Source of the DNA: an uncultured Planctomycetaceae bacterium | GTDB taxonomy: Bacteria; Planctomycetota; Planctomycetia; Pirellulales; Lacipirellulaceae | Reading direction: 5' to 3' | DNA length: 64,000 nt | NCBI GenBank assembly: GCA_964430075.1 | Contig: CAYSFP010000008.1 | Coordinates: forward strand, 145-64,144 | In this document: one piece after another, positions 49,278 through 60,366 of the stretch | Layout of the letters: the number at the start of each line of letters is the position of its first letter | Numbering within the stretch: position 1 is the stretch's first letter | Made by a program: the position numbers and the translations under genes | The notes under the pieces: model-generated | What the model saw: the letters and a program-made list of their open reading frames with translations, nothing else | What the model was told of the DNA's origin: nothing | Database searches by the model: none

Positions 49278-50531
49278 ATGGACGCCCCTATTGTCGTGAT
49301 CGGCGCGTTTGACTCCAAAGGAGCGGAGTACGCGTTTCTTCGCGATGCGATCATCCGGCAAGGCGCCTCGGCGTTGACGATCAATTTCGGCGTGCTCGGG
49401 AGCACGACGTTGTTTCCCGTCGACATCGACGCGGCGGAGGTCGCCCGCGCCGGCGGCGGCGATCTGGAATCGCTGCGCCACAGGCGCGACCGCGGCGAGG
49501 CGATGAAGTGCATGGCCGCCGGCGCCGCGGCCATTGCGCGGCAACTCCATGAGGAGGGCCGCCTCGGCGGAATCATCGGCATGGGAGGAACGGGGAGCGC
49601 GAGCGTGATCACCTCTGCCATGCGCGCCCTTCCGCTCGGCGTGCCCAAGGTCTGCGTCTCGACCGTTGCGGGCGGCGATGTGGCGCCCTATGTGGGCGCC
49701 AAGGACGTCACCCTGATTCCCTCCATCACCGACGTGGCAGGCGTGAACCGAATCTCGCGGGTGATTTTCACGCGCGCCGCCGGCGCCGTGGTAGGAATGG
49801 TACAGGCCGAGCCGCCCCACGGCGCCCTCGACCGCCCGATCATCGCGGCCAGCATGTTCGGCAACACGACCGCCTGCGTCGACGCCTGCCGGACGCGGCT
49901 CGAAGCCGCGGGATATGAAGTGCTCGTGTTTCACGCGACCGGCGCGGGCGGTCGCACGATGGAGTCGCTCGTCGATGAAGGGCTCGTCGACGCGTGTCTG
50001 GACATCACCACGACGGAGTGGGCCGACGCGCTCTGCGGGGGCATCTTCAGCGCCGGCGAGGATCGGCTCTCGGCGCCCGGCCGGCGAGGCATCCCGCATT
50101 TGATCGTGCCGGGGTGCATCGACATGGTCAACTTCGGACCGCCGAGTTCGGTACCCCAGGCTTATCGTGACGCCCAGCGACGCTTCTACGAATGGAACCC
50201 CGCGGTCACACTCATGCGCACCAGTGTCGAGGAGAACCGACGTCTGGGTGAAATCTTTGCCGACAAAGCCAATGCCGCTGCCGGTCCCGTTGCGTTCTTG
50301 ATTCCCTTGCGCGGCGTGTCGATTCTCGATGGCGACGGGCAGCCCTTCTGCGATCGAGCCGCCGATGAAGCGATGTTCGCGGCGCTGCGTCAGCGGTTGC
50401 GACGCGACATCCCGCTCGTTAGCGTGGACGCCAACATCAACGACGCAAAATTCTCGGAGAAGGCGGCGGACATGATGCTCGATCTCATTCGTCAAGCAAA
50501 CGCTCAAACGGCAGGGCGGACCGGAGGCTAA
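49278..50531 (+). CDS. Tm-1-like ATP-binding domain protein (UPF0261)
   Basis: [36 protein letters not shown] and DMVNFG motifs. Confidence 0.9.
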   Translation: MDAPIVVIGAFDSKGAEYAFLRDAIIRQGASALTINFGVLGSTTLFPVDIDAAEVARAGGGDLESLRHRRDRGEAMKCMAAGAAAIARQLHEEGRLGGIIGMGGTGSASVITSAMRALPLGVPKVCVSTVAGGDVAPYVGAKDVTLIPSITDVAGVNRISRVIFTRAAGAVVGMVQAEPPHGALDRPIIAASMFGNTTACVDACRTRLEAAGYEVLVFHATGAGGRTMESLVDEGLVDACLDITTTEWADALCGGIFSAGEDRLSAPGRRGIPHLIVPGCIDMVNFGPPSSVPQAYRDAQRRFYEWNPAVTLMRTSVEENRRLGEIFADKANAAAGPVAFLIPLRGVSILDGDGQPFCDRAADEAMFAALRQRLRRDIPLVSVDANINDAKFSEKAADMMLDLIRQANAQTAGRTGG

Positions 50532-50533
50532 CT

Positions 50534-51370
50534 ATGATTTTCTCTCGGGAGCAAGCGCTCGCCCGGCTGCGACAGCGCATCGAGGTGGGCATTCCCATCA
50601 TTGGCGGCGGCGCAGGGACTGGGATTAGCGCGAAGTTCGAAGAAGTGGGCGGCATCGACCTGATCGTCATCTACAATTCCGGCCGCTACCGGATGGCCGG
50701 CCGCGGATCGCTCGCGGGGCTCATGCCCTACGGCGACGCGAACGCCATCGTCATGGACATGGCGGGCGAAGTCTTGCCGGTCGTCCGCGACACGCCCGTG
50801 CTGGCGGGCGTCTGTGCCAGCGATCCGTTCCGTCTCATGGACCGTTTTCTGGACGAGGTGCGCAGCGCGGGGTTCGCCGGCGTGCAGAATTTTCCCACGG
50901 TCGGCTTGATCGACGGCCAGTTCCGCGCCAATCTCGAAGAGACGGGCATGGGCTACGCCAACGAAGTTCAGCTCGTTCGATTGGCCCGTGACAAGAATCT
51001 GCTGACGACGCCGTATGTGTTCGACGTGGACCAGACGCGCGACATGATCGCCGCGGGAGCGGACGTCGTCGTCGCGCATATGGGATTGACCACCAGCGGC
51101 ACGATCGGCGCTCATACGGCGCGCACGCTCGATGACTGCGTTCGCGACGTGCAAGCCATCGCGGACGCGGCGCGCAATGAGCGGCACGGCACCATTGTTC
51201 TGTGTCATGGCGGTCCCATCGCAACGCCCGAGGACGCCGAGTACGTGCTGAGCCGAACGCACGGCGTGCATGGGTTTTACGGAGCGTCATCGATGGAACG
51301 GCTGCCCATCGAAACGGCGCTTACGGAACAAGTTCGCCGGTTCAAGGCCATCCGATTCCGGAAGGAATAA
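50534..51370 (+). CDS. Phosphoenolpyruvate hydrolase-like TIM-barrel protein (Tm-1 C-terminal-like)
   Basis: [39 protein letters not shown] and [11 protein letters not shown] motifs. Confidence 0.92.
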   Translation: MIFSREQALARLRQRIEVGIPIIGGGAGTGISAKFEEVGGIDLIVIYNSGRYRMAGRGSLAGLMPYGDANAIVMDMAGEVLPVVRDTPVLAGVCASDPFRLMDRFLDEVRSAGFAGVQNFPTVGLIDGQFRANLEETGMGYANEVQLVRLARDKNLLTTPYVFDVDQTRDMIAAGADVVVAHMGLTTSGTIGAHTARTLDDCVRDVQAIADAARNERHGTIVLCHGGPIATPEDAEYVLSRTHGVHGFYGASSMERLPIETALTEQVRRFKAIRFRKE

Positions 51371-51427
51371 CAACCGTGCTCCGCGCCATTCGGCCCGTCA
51401 CGTGGAACCGAAAAGAGACGCGGCGCA

Positions 51428-52858
51428 TCAGCCATCGTCAGGCATGTGCTCCGGGCGCTCGGGATCGTACTGGGGGTTCGGCATTGGCATCTGGGCGTTG
51501 GCCGCCGTCAGCCACTCATGAAGCTCCGCGCGCAGCGCCTCCGCCAGGTCCGGCTCGCTGGCGGCCAGGTCGAATCGTTCGCCGGGATCGTTGCGAACGT
51601 CGTACAACTCGGCGCGCGAGTCGCCATAGAATTCGATCAGCTTGTGGCCGCCCCGCCGGATCGCGCCATAAGGAGTCGTGCCTTCAAGCTGGTAGTGCTG
51701 GTAGTGCGGATAATGCCAGAACAGCGCGCGTTCGGGAATCGTCCCCGTCCGGCTTAGCAGCGGGACGAGGCTGACGCCGTCGAGCGGTTGATCCTTTTCC
51801 GGCGGCAGCCCTGCCATCTCCAAGAGCGTTGGAAACAGGTCCATGGTGACCACCGCCGTGTCGCAAACGGAGCCGCGAGGCGCGCCCCCCGGCCAGACGA
51901 CGATCAACGGCACGCGAACGCCGCCTTCGTAACAGGATCCCTTGCCGGCGCGGAGCGGGGCATTCGATGTCGTCGGTATTCGTCCGCCGTTATCGGACGT
52001 GAAGATAATAATCGTGTGTTCCGCGATCTCCAGCTCCTCGAGCGTTTCCCGAATTTGCCCGACCGTCTGATCCATGCTTTCGATCATGGCGGCGTAGCGG
52101 GCGTTGGCGTGCCGGCTGCCCTCCTGGGGGTGAAAGCGATTGATCAGTTCCTGCTTCGCTTGAATGGGCGTGTGCACGGCGAAATGTGCCAAGTAGAGAA
52201 AGAACGGCCGAGCGGCGTTGGCCCGAAGGAACTCGTCGGCCTCCCTCCCTAAGCGGTCGGTGACGTACTCGCCGTCGGGCCCTTGTTCGAGGGTGTCAAT
52301 CGCGTACGGGGCGAAGTATCCGGGCCGGGGCTGCGGCTGATCGGTGCCCGCGACGTTGACGTCGAAGCCGTGGCGTTCCGGATAGTACTCGCGCCCGCCG
52401 AGGTGCCACTTGCCGATCGACGCCGTCGCGTATCCGGCGTCGTGAAATCGCTCGGCCAACGTCGTTTCGTCGTGCGGTAGATGTTTCGTGAAATCCGGGA
52501 CCAGCAGCTTGGGGTTCTCCGGCGGCAGCCCGGGAATCCAATCGGTGATGCGGAGCCGCGCCGGCGATTTGCCGGTCAGCAGCGCCGCCCGCGTCGGCGA
52601 GCAAACGGTGCACGCGGAATAGCTGGCCGTGAAGCGCATGCCATCGGCCGCCAGGCGGTCGATCTGCGGCGATCGATGCAAGTCGCTGCCATAGCAGGCA
52701 AGATCCATCCATCCCAGGTCGTCCGCCAGGATCACGATCACATTGGGTTGGCGCACCGCTTGGCGGCCCAACGCCAGGGACGAGACCCAACAGCACAACA
52801 GTACGTAGACCGCACATGCCCGCAGGAGTTTGGCCGACGGAGATCGGGACGCGGGCAT
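51428..52858 (-). CDS. Sulfatase (FGly-dependent, family S1)
   Basis: ADDLG, CSPTRAALLTG, GKWHLG, SDNGG and KGSCYEGGVRVP motifs. Start uncertain. Confidence 0.93.
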   Translation of the reverse strand: MPASRSPSAKLLRACAVYVLLCCWVSSLALGRQAVRQPNVIVILADDLGWMDLACYGSDLHRSPQIDRLAADGMRFTASYSACTVCSPTRAALLTGKSPARLRITDWIPGLPPENPKLLVPDFTKHLPHDETTLAERFHDAGYATASIGKWHLGGREYYPERHGFDVNVAGTDQPQPRPGYFAPYAIDTLEQGPDGEYVTDRLGREADEFLRANAARPFFLYLAHFAVHTPIQAKQELINRFHPQEGSRHANARYAAMIESMDQTVGQIRETLEELEIAEHTIIIFTSDNGGRIPTTSNAPLRAGKGSCYEGGVRVPLIVVWPGGAPRGSVCDTAVVTMDLFPTLLEMAGLPPEKDQPLDGVSLVPLLSRTGTIPERALFWHYPHYQHYQLEGTTPYGAIRRGGHKLIEFYGDSRAELYDVRNDPGERFDLAASEPDLAEALRAELHEWLTAANAQMPMPNPQYDPERPEHMPDDG

Positions 52859-53001
52859 GGGGGCTGCCTGGAAGAGCATGGGGCGGTTGAATAAGCGGGC
52901 GGGCCTTCGCGACGCACGAGGGGGCTGTGCAATGATGCTGTCGCTCAACCCCGCGCCGAACCGGGGCTCGCGACGAGATTGCCCGGTTGGCTTGTTTGGC
53001 T

Positions 53002-53883
53002 TTACGATCGCACGAACGCTTCAAATGCTTCGCGCTCTTCGATGAGTGCGGCGACGCGGTCGCTGGGGTTACTGCTGGCTTCCTCGAGAATCCAGCCGTC
53101 GTAATCGGCGGCCTTGAGCAGGGCGAACAGCTCTGCATAGGGGTACGAGTCGCCGGCCAGGTCGTGAACGTGCGTCGTGGCGCCAAGCCGCTTCTCGACC
53201 AACTGGAAGTTCTCGACGAGCCCGCGTCCCTTGAGATCCTCGTCGTTGCTATTCCAGCAGACGGCCGCGTTCGGATGGTCGGCCACGTCCATGATCGCGG
53301 CGATCACCGGCAGCGGAGACGTGCGGCCGCCGTGGACCTCAAGTCGCACCTGCTGACCGAAATCGGCGCCGAACGCGGCAAGTTCGTTGAGCGCCCGGCC
53401 GATCTGCTCGATAGTCTTCTCGCGAGGAACATCCGCAGGCAAGTCATTGGGCCGCACTTTGACGCCGCTGCCGCCGACGTCATGGCTTAACCGGAGGAAC
53501 GCCTTGGTGGCTTCGATGGCGGCGGCCAGTTTGCCGGGATCGGGCGAGTGGAACTCCTCGGCGCTTCCCAAGCCGACGAGCGTCACGGGCGAGTCGGCAA
53601 ACCGAGCTTTCACTTCGGTGCGCCCGGCGGCGTTGAGCGTGGGTTCGACGCCGTGCTTGTGGGTCGTGCGAAGTTCGACGCCGAGCGCCTGAGAGCGCTC
53701 GCAATTTGCCAGCAGCGTGGGCAAATCCCAGTCGGCGCCCCATTGGTATGTCACGAGTCCGAATCGCATCGCCGGCGTCGCCTCGGCTGCGCGGACGCCG
53801 GCGGATCGCCAACTCGACGCGAGTCCGGCCGCCCCGGCTGCGAGGCCGGCTTGGAGAAACTGACGGCGATCGTGCAGGGACAT
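53002..53883 (-). CDS. Sugar phosphate isomerase/epimerase family, Tat-exported
   Basis: DRRQFL leader, VELRTTHKHG, GVKVRPN, RLEVHG and CWNSN motifs. Confidence 0.85.
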   Translation of the reverse strand: MSLHDRRQFLQAGLAAGAAGLASSWRSAGVRAAEATPAMRFGLVTYQWGADWDLPTLLANCERSQALGVELRTTHKHGVEPTLNAAGRTEVKARFADSPVTLVGLGSAEEFHSPDPGKLAAAIEATKAFLRLSHDVGGSGVKVRPNDLPADVPREKTIEQIGRALNELAAFGADFGQQVRLEVHGGRTSPLPVIAAIMDVADHPNAAVCWNSNDEDLKGRGLVENFQLVEKRLGATTHVHDLAGDSYPYAELFALLKAADYDGWILEEASSNPSDRVAALIEEREAFEAFVRS

Positions 53884-54079
53884 GGGATGTTCGCAACTCA
53901 TGGTTGTGCCCCCGTCGTGGGAGGGTTCAGCAAGAAGAAATACGCATTGGATGAAGTTCGCCCGGCGGAAAGCATACCGCGCTGGCTGGTGCAGGCAAAA
54001 CTGGGGCGCTCGGCGGACATCGAACTTCCTGGACTACTATCTATCGACTTCTCCCGCGCCGCGACGATTTCGTACGGTG

Positions 54080-54241
54080 ACCGCAGAGGGCACAGAGGTC
54101 GGGTTAGTAGCCTATGGCCGGCGCAGGCCCTAATAAAGGAGGAATCGTTGAGAAGAGACTCACGAGCCCTTGGATCATCGCTTCCAAATTCGTGCTGCCG
54201 ACGTCCCTTCCTAATCTCCGTGCCCTCCGTGCCTCCGTGGT
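54080..54241. mobile_element. MITE-like mini-element with 9-bp periodic terminal arms
   Basis: accgcagagggcacagagg (54080-54098) is inversely related to ctccgtgccctccgtgcctccgtggt (54216-54241). No ORF inside. Confidence 0.55.
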
Positions 54242-54458
54242 AAATCTTCTTCCCGGCGCCGCGCACCGCGAAGATTTGTACCGTTGTTTGTCGAGTCCTG
54301 AGCTCCCGACGCGTGGTTCCGGCCAATGGCCGGGCTACGGTATCATGGTCGACTCGTGCCCCTGTGCATCCGGCGCCCCGATCCCTTGTGACCGACCCCA
54401 AGGCCTCGACCATTCGGCTGGCGGTCTTTTTTGCCGGATCTGTCCCGAGTGTTTGCCC

Positions 54459-56906
54459 ATGAGACTCCGCATTGTCTTGCTCGTCGCGGCGGCGTGGTCA
54501 GCGCTGGCGGCGCTCTCGCCTGTCAAATCGACGGCCGACGAATCGCCGTTTCGCCTGGCGTGGTTCCGCGCGGACGTGACCGTGCCGATGGGGCACCGGC
54601 TCATGGGCGTTCTGCCGGCGCGCGCCGAGCGCGTGGCCGATCCGCTGGAAGCGCGAGGCTTTGCGCTGCTCGGCCCCGAGGCGCCGATCGTGTGGGTCGC
54701 GGTCGACTGGTGCGAAATTCGCAACGAAGCCTACCAGCGATGGCAGAACGTTTTGGCGGCCGCCGCGAACACAGACCCCGATCGCGTTATCGTGAATTGC
54801 CTGCATCAGCACGATGCACCGGTGGCCGACCTGGGCGCGCAGCGGCTGCTCGACGAGGTCGGACTCGCCAACCACCTTTGCGACCCAGAGTTCCACGAGG
54901 CCGCTGTTCAACATGTTGCGGAGGAGTTGCGCAAATGTCTGTCCCAGACGCGGCGCGTGACGCACGTCGGCGCCGGACAGGGTTTTGTGCGCGACGTCGC
55001 GTCCAATCGGAGGGTCCTGCTGAGCGACCGTCGGGTGACGTTCTCGCGCGGCAGCAATGGCGGCGGCGATCCCGCCATGCGGGCCGCGCCGGTCGGGCTC
55101 GTCGATCCCTGGCTGCGCACGCTCAGCTTTTGGGACGGGGAGGCGCCGCTCGTGGCCTTTCATGCTTATGCCACGCACCCGATGAGCGCGTACGGCCGCG
55201 GCGAGGTGAGCGCGGATTTTGTCGGCCTCGCCCGGCGCATGCGGCAGCACGACGATCCGGAAGTTTTCCAGATCTACGCATCGGGTTGTTCCGGCGACGT
55301 CACGGCCGGCAAGTACAATGACGGGTCGCCGGAGAACCGCCCCGTTCTCGCCGAACGCTTGCACGCAGCCATGCAAGGCGCCTGGCAGAACACGCGGCGC
55401 TGGCCGCTAGAATCGGTCGAGCTGCGTTCCGTGGCCATGTCGCTGCCGTTTCGCAGCGGCGAAGAGTTCACCGCCGCTGCGCTGCGAAAGACGCTTGCCG
55501 ACCCTCAACAGCCCGAACGGGAGAGGATTCTCGCCGCCATGGGACTGGCCAGCAGGCAACGGGTCGAAAAGGGGCAGGCCGTAGCGGCGACGTGCCTCGA
55601 TTTCGGATGGGTGCTCGTGGCGTCGTTGCCCGGCGAGTCGTTCGTGGGCTACCAGCTCATGGCGCAGCGACTGCGGCCGGACGTTCCGGTTCTTTGCGCC
55701 GGCTATGGCGAATGCTGGCCCGGGTATATTCCCACGCGCGACGCGCTGGCGGACGGATTCACGGACGATTGGTTGTGGGTCGATCGCGGCGCCGACGAAG
55801 TCATGCGCAGCGCATTGATCACGTTGCTGCGCTCGCCTCGCGAACCGCAGCCGGCGTTGTCGGCCGGCATTTCGCACGACGTGTTTGTCGCCTCGGCCGA
55901 ACACCCGCGCTACAGCGAAGGCTCGATTCTGCCCCTGGCCGACGGGAGCCTGTTGTTCGCCGTCACCGAATTTGATGCGAGTACGCACGATTTTGCACCG
56001 GCGCGCATTGTGGCGCGCCGATCTCACGACGGCGGAGCGACGTGGCAATCGCCCGAGGTGCTGCAGGAGAACGTTGGCGATATGAACGTGATGTCGGCTA
56101 CGCTTCGGCGTCTTCGATCGGAGCACGGCGCCGACGCCTTGTTTTATCTCGTCAAGGACGGCCGCGACGATCTCAAGGCGTATGTCCGTTTTTCGAGCGA
56201 CGAGATGCGCAGCCTGGGCGAGCCGCGTCTTGTCACCGACGCGCCGGGTTATCATGTGCTTAACAACGACCGCGTGACCGAGCTCGCGGATGGACGATTG
56301 CTGTCTCCGGTCGCATGGACGCGCGATGTGGCCAACGACGGCCGGTTCGAGTCCCGATGTTACTGGTCCGACGATGGAGGGCAGACGTGGGCGACGGGGA
56401 CCAGCAGCGTCAGCGTTGCGAAACGGGGCGCCATGGAGCCGGAGGTGCTCGAGCTGGACGACGGCCGGGTGCTGATGATCGTGCGTACGCAACTGGGCGA
56501 GATTTACGCGAGCTACTCGCCTGATCGCGGCGAAACGTGGAGCGCTGCCGAACCCTGGGGCGTGCGCTCCCCGGAAGCGCCCGCGACGCTGCGACGCATC
56601 CCCGCAACGGGCCACCTGCTGCTCGTCTGGAATCCTCGCTATGATGCCCAGGCGAATCATGGCGGCAGGCGCACGCCGCTGGTGGCCGCGATTTCGCAGG
56701 ACGAGGGCCGCACGTGGAATGCCCTCCGCGTTCTTGAAGCGCGCAGCGATCAGCAGTACGCGTACACGAGCGTGGTTTTCCTCGAAGACCGCGTGCTGCT
56801 GAGTTACTATGTTCACGACGACGCTACGGCACGGATCTCGGCGCGGTTTCGTTCCCTTCCGCTCCGCTGGTTCTACGAAGGTGCGACAAACGAACTCGCC
56901 GATTGA
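54459..56906 (+). CDS. Fusion of a ceramidase-like domain and a BNR/Asp-box sialidase-like domain
   Basis: N-half has CLHQHDAP, YATHP and GCSGD. C-half has Asp-boxes SHDGGATW, SDDGGQTW, SPDRGETW and SQDEGRTW. Confidence 0.8.
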   Translation: MRLRIVLLVAAAWSALAALSPVKSTADESPFRLAWFRADVTVPMGHRLMGVLPARAERVADPLEARGFALLGPEAPIVWVAVDWCEIRNEAYQRWQNVLAAAANTDPDRVIVNCLHQHDAPVADLGAQRLLDEVGLANHLCDPEFHEAAVQHVAEELRKCLSQTRRVTHVGAGQGFVRDVASNRRVLLSDRRVTFSRGSNGGGDPAMRAAPVGLVDPWLRTLSFWDGEAPLVAFHAYATHPMSAYGRGEVSADFVGLARRMRQHDDPEVFQIYASGCSGDVTAGKYNDGSPENRPVLAERLHAAMQGAWQNTRRWPLESVELRSVAMSLPFRSGEEFTAAALRKTLADPQQPERERILAAMGLASRQRVEKGQAVAATCLDFGWVLVASLPGESFVGYQLMAQRLRPDVPVLCAGYGECWPGYIPTRDALADGFTDDWLWVDRGADEVMRSALITLLRSPREPQPALSAGISHDVFVASAEHPRYSEGSILPLADGSLLFAVTEFDASTHDFAPARIVARRSHDGGATWQSPEVLQENVGDMNVMSATLRRLRSEHGADALFYLVKDGRDDLKAYVRFSSDEMRSLGEPRLVTDAPGYHVLNNDRVTELADGRLLSPVAWTRDVANDGRFESRCYWSDDGGQTWATGTSSVSVAKRGAMEPEVLELDDGRVLMIVRTQLGEIYASYSPDRGETWSAAEPWGVRSPEAPATLRRIPATGHLLLVWNPRYDAQANHGGRRTPLVAAISQDEGRTWNALRVLEARSDQQYAYTSVVFLEDRVLLSYYVHDDATARISARFRSLPLRWFYEGATNELAD

Positions 56907-57040
56907 GAAGGTCGCGGCGGCCGAATCGCTGGCCCGCGTGCGCGAGGACGCTCGTCCCGATAGATTGGCCGAAGCCGATGGCCCCTTGCGTGCAGAATGA
57001 TGGGCATGATTTTCACTTCGAAACAGAAGGCGGGTTTAAC

Positions 57041-58024
57041 ATGCGAGATGTGATGGCTTCATTTCTGGCTTTTGCCGTCATTGGCATGGCGACGTGTGCT
57101 GCGGCTGAACCCAGCAACGCCCCGGGCGTTTCTGGAGAAGAGCCTCGTGGGGTTCTTTTTCTCGCGGGCCGCCCCAGCCACGGATTTGGCGCCCACGATC
57201 ACTGGGCGGGCTGCAATCTGCTCGCCGCTTCGCTCAACGAGTCCGGCCTGCCGATCGAAGCGAAGGTCCATCGGTATGGTTGGCCGCGGGACGCCAGCGT
57301 ATTCGAAGGGGTTGATTGCGTAGTGATGTACGGGGACGGCGGCGGCGGCCACATGGTCATGCGTCACGTGCAGGAGATGGACGCTTTAGCTGAGGCCGGC
57401 GTCGGGATCGTCTGTTTGCATTACGCCGTGGAAGTGCCCCAAGGGCCCGTGGGAGATCGATTTCTCGAATGGATCGGCGGCTATTTTGAGATGAACTGGT
57501 CGGTCAATCCGCATTGGACGGCCAACTTCGCGAGCCTCGCGGAGCATCCGATCACGCGCGGCGTGGCGCCGTTCGAGATCAACGACGAATGGTACTACCA
57601 CATGCGATTTCACGAAGGCTTGCGGGGCGTGACGCCGATTCTCTCCGCATTGCCGCCCGCGGAGTCTCTGTCGCGCCCCGATGGAGCGCACAGCGGGAAT
57701 CCCCACGTCCGGGCCGCCGTGGCCCGCGGCGAGGTTCAGCACATGGCGTGGGCCGCCGAGCGCGACAACGGCGGGCGCGGGTTCGGCTTCACGGGCGGGC
57801 ACGTGCACTGGAATTGGGCCGAGCCCAACTTTCGCAAGTTGGTCCTCAACGCGATCGTGTGGTGTGCGCACGAGGATGTGCCCAACGAGGGCGTGATGGA
57901 TCGACCCAAAACGCTGGCCGACATGGAAGCGAACCATGACGAAGAGCCGCCAGCCGACTACGACCGCGAGGCGATCCGCAGGGAATACAACCTGCCGCCG
58001 GACGCCGCTGTCGAGCCCCAGTGA
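57041..58024 (+). CDS. ThuA (trehalose utilisation) domain protein
   Basis: AGRPSHGFGAHDH, CLHYAVE, HPITRGV, DEWYY and GRGFGFTGGH motifs. Confidence 0.88.
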   Translation: MRDVMASFLAFAVIGMATCAAAEPSNAPGVSGEEPRGVLFLAGRPSHGFGAHDHWAGCNLLAASLNESGLPIEAKVHRYGWPRDASVFEGVDCVVMYGDGGGGHMVMRHVQEMDALAEAGVGIVCLHYAVEVPQGPVGDRFLEWIGGYFEMNWSVNPHWTANFASLAEHPITRGVAPFEINDEWYYHMRFHEGLRGVTPILSALPPAESLSRPDGAHSGNPHVRAAVARGEVQHMAWAAERDNGGRGFGFTGGHVHWNWAEPNFRKLVLNAIVWCAHEDVPNEGVMDRPKTLADMEANHDEEPPADYDREAIRREYNLPPDAAVEPQ

Positions 58025-58035
58025 TCGGTTGACCG

Positions 58036-58878
58036 ATGACAACTGCGACCATCCGCATCGGCATGGGCCAAATGCTTGTGGAAGGAGGCCAGCCTGCGGC
58101 GAACCTGGGCCGAGCACAACAATTCATCGGCAACGCCGCGGCGCAGGGGTGCCGCATTGTCGTATTGCCGGAGTGCCTGGACCTGGGTTGGACCGATCCA
58201 AGCGCCCGGCGGCTCGCCCAGCCTATTCCCGGGCCGCACGCGCAGCAGCTTGCCGACGCGGCCAGGCAATCAGGCGCGTTCGTCGTCGCGGGGCTCGTCG
58301 AACGCGCGGGCGAGCGGATCTACAACTCCGCCATCCTGATCGACCCGCGGGGCGAGATCCTGCTCTTGCACCGCAAGATCAATGAGCTCGACATCGCTCA
58401 CGACTTGTACTCTATCGGCAATTGCCTGGCGGTCGCCGATACGGAACTAGGGACGCTGGGGATTAACATTTGCGCCGATAATTTTCCGAGTTCGTTGGCG
58501 ATCGGCCACGTCTTGGCGCGGATGGGAGCGCAACTGCTCCTGTCGCCGTCCGCGTGGGCGGTCGACGCCGACCACGACAACCAGAGCACGCCGTATGGCG
58601 AGCCATGGCGCGGCGCCTTTGCCGAGCTCGGCCGGCTGTACGATCTACCCGTGATTGCCGTCAGCAACGTCGGGTGGCTAGCTGACGGACCTTGGAAAGG
58701 GCGCAAAGCAATTGGCTGCTCCCTGGCGACCAACCGCCGCGGCGAGCTCCTGGCCGCCGCGCCCTATGGCGAAGCGGCGGAAGCGCTCGTCGTAGTCGAG
58801 GTCGAGGCCCGAGAAATCCGAGCCAAGGGGACGCAACTCGCGGACGATCTGGCAGCGCGAGGTTATCTCGGACCTTAG
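58036..58878 (+). CDS. Carbon-nitrogen hydrolase (nitrilase superfamily)
   Basis: Catalytic triad motifs LPEC (E), HRKIN (K) and ICAD (C). Confidence 0.9.
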   Translation: MTTATIRIGMGQMLVEGGQPAANLGRAQQFIGNAAAQGCRIVVLPECLDLGWTDPSARRLAQPIPGPHAQQLADAARQSGAFVVAGLVERAGERIYNSAILIDPRGEILLLHRKINELDIAHDLYSIGNCLAVADTELGTLGINICADNFPSSLAIGHVLARMGAQLLLSPSAWAVDADHDNQSTPYGEPWRGAFAELGRLYDLPVIAVSNVGWLADGPWKGRKAIGCSLATNRRGELLAAAPYGEAAEALVVVEVEAREIRAKGTQLADDLAARGYLGP

Positions 58879-58908
58879 CCGAGGGCGACGTTGCCGCCGA
58901 GAGTTCTG

Positions 58909-59946
58909 TTAGGGGGCCGCCAACGGTTCGCCAACTTGGGGCCAGCCGTCGCTCGTCCAGGTCATGGGGCGCACCTGCAGAATCCGTTGGGCGTCGAGGT
59001 TCTGCATGTCGTACGTGTGATGCACCATCCATTGTCCCGCGTCGGTCGTGATCACGCCGTTGTGGCCGGGGCCGCGCCACCGCTCGCTGTTCTGTAACAC
59101 GATCGTCCCGCCGCCGCCGAGCATCGGTCGTCCTTCGGCATCGACGTACGGTCCCAGCGGCTCGCGACTGCGACCGACGACCACTTTGTACGTGCTGTCG
59201 GCGCCGTCGCAACAACCGTCCCATGAGGCAAAGAGATAGTAGTCGCCGTCGTGAAAGATGACGAACGGAGCCTCAATGGCGTGCGACGTCGTATCCGGCC
59301 GGGCGGCCACCGCCACGATCTCGGCGTCGGGTTTGGGCATGCCCGTCGCAGGATCGACCTCCACCGCCTTGAGTCCCGACCAGTGCGATCCCCAGAACAG
59401 CAGCCATCGTCCGTCCTGGTCCACCAACAGCGCGGGATCGATGGCGTTGAAGTCGTTGTCCCCGGCGTTTGACTCGATGACCTTGCCGCGGTCTTCCCAG
59501 AGGTAGTCTTCACTCGCCGGGTCCAGCGACTTGTTGACCGCCAGCCCGATGACCGACCGCTGACTGCCGAACGTCGAGACGCTGTAGTACAGATAGTACA
59601 GCCCATCGTGGCCGCTGAGGTCGGGCGCCCAGATGCCGTTGGTCCCGGGGACTTCGCGGCGCGCCCATTCGGGCACAGGCCGGTCGAACACCCGCCCGTA
59701 GGGTTGCCAGTGCCGGAGATCGGAACTGCGCAGCAATTGCACGCCGCGCCCCGTGGCGGCGACATAGTAAACGACGCCTCCCGCTTCGTTGGCGACGGCC
59801 ACGCCGGTCGGGTCGGGTGCGCCGTTGAGCAAGCCCTCACGGGGATCGGCTTCGATCGCTTGGGCGAGAGCGGAATCGACCGCGGTCACGTTTCCCAGCA
59901 CGAGCAGCGCTGGCAAGACACGCGTTAACAACTCAGGATGCATCAT
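58909..59946 (-). CDS. GH43 arabinan endo-1,5-alpha-L-arabinosidase-like
   Basis: APDP, IWAPD, NAIDP, AIEAP and GPGHN motifs. Confidence 0.88.
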   Translation of the reverse strand: MMHPELLTRVLPALLVLGNVTAVDSALAQAIEADPREGLLNGAPDPTGVAVANEAGGVVYYVAATGRGVQLLRSSDLRHWQPYGRVFDRPVPEWARREVPGTNGIWAPDLSGHDGLYYLYYSVSTFGSQRSVIGLAVNKSLDPASEDYLWEDRGKVIESNAGDNDFNAIDPALLVDQDGRWLLFWGSHWSGLKAVEVDPATGMPKPDAEIVAVAARPDTTSHAIEAPFVIFHDGDYYLFASWDGCCDGADSTYKVVVGRSREPLGPYVDAEGRPMLGGGGTIVLQNSERWRGPGHNGVITTDAGQWMVHHTYDMQNLDAQRILQVRPMTWTSDGWPQVGEPLAAP

Positions 59947-60366
59947 TACGGCCCCCCGCCGGTCATTGATTATCGCGATAAAGCCAATGTTCAGTATGAG
60001 AATGTTACAGTATTCTGCGAGGAAATGGGTCTATTATCGTATTGAATCCTGGACAAGGCAACTTCGGCCGCCGCACGAAAAATCGCATGGGCGTTGCCGC
60101 GTGTACGCCGGCGCCTGGCCGTGTGCCTCGTTTTCTTCGATAAAGGATCGCGTGTTGGTCCGCGCGGCGACACGGTCCGCCGGACGTTCATTGTCAAGAA
60201 CAATCGACTTGGTTGTAAATACAGTCGGCGATTACGGGCGTCTCGTCCCAGAAGTCGACGGCCTCGAACCTCGGCCTATTCGTCATACTTTTTCCCACGC
60301 GCACAATTTACCGTGGTATATTAATTTAATAGGGTATTCACACCTGCGCACCTGGGACCCATAAAA

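Noticed and set aside
60255-60280. Second tRNA fragment or att site (gacggcctcgaacctcgg) near tRNA-Val
   Set aside because: Only a T-loop-like GGTTCGAG matches. The T-stem does not pair and there is no identity to the tRNA 3' end.
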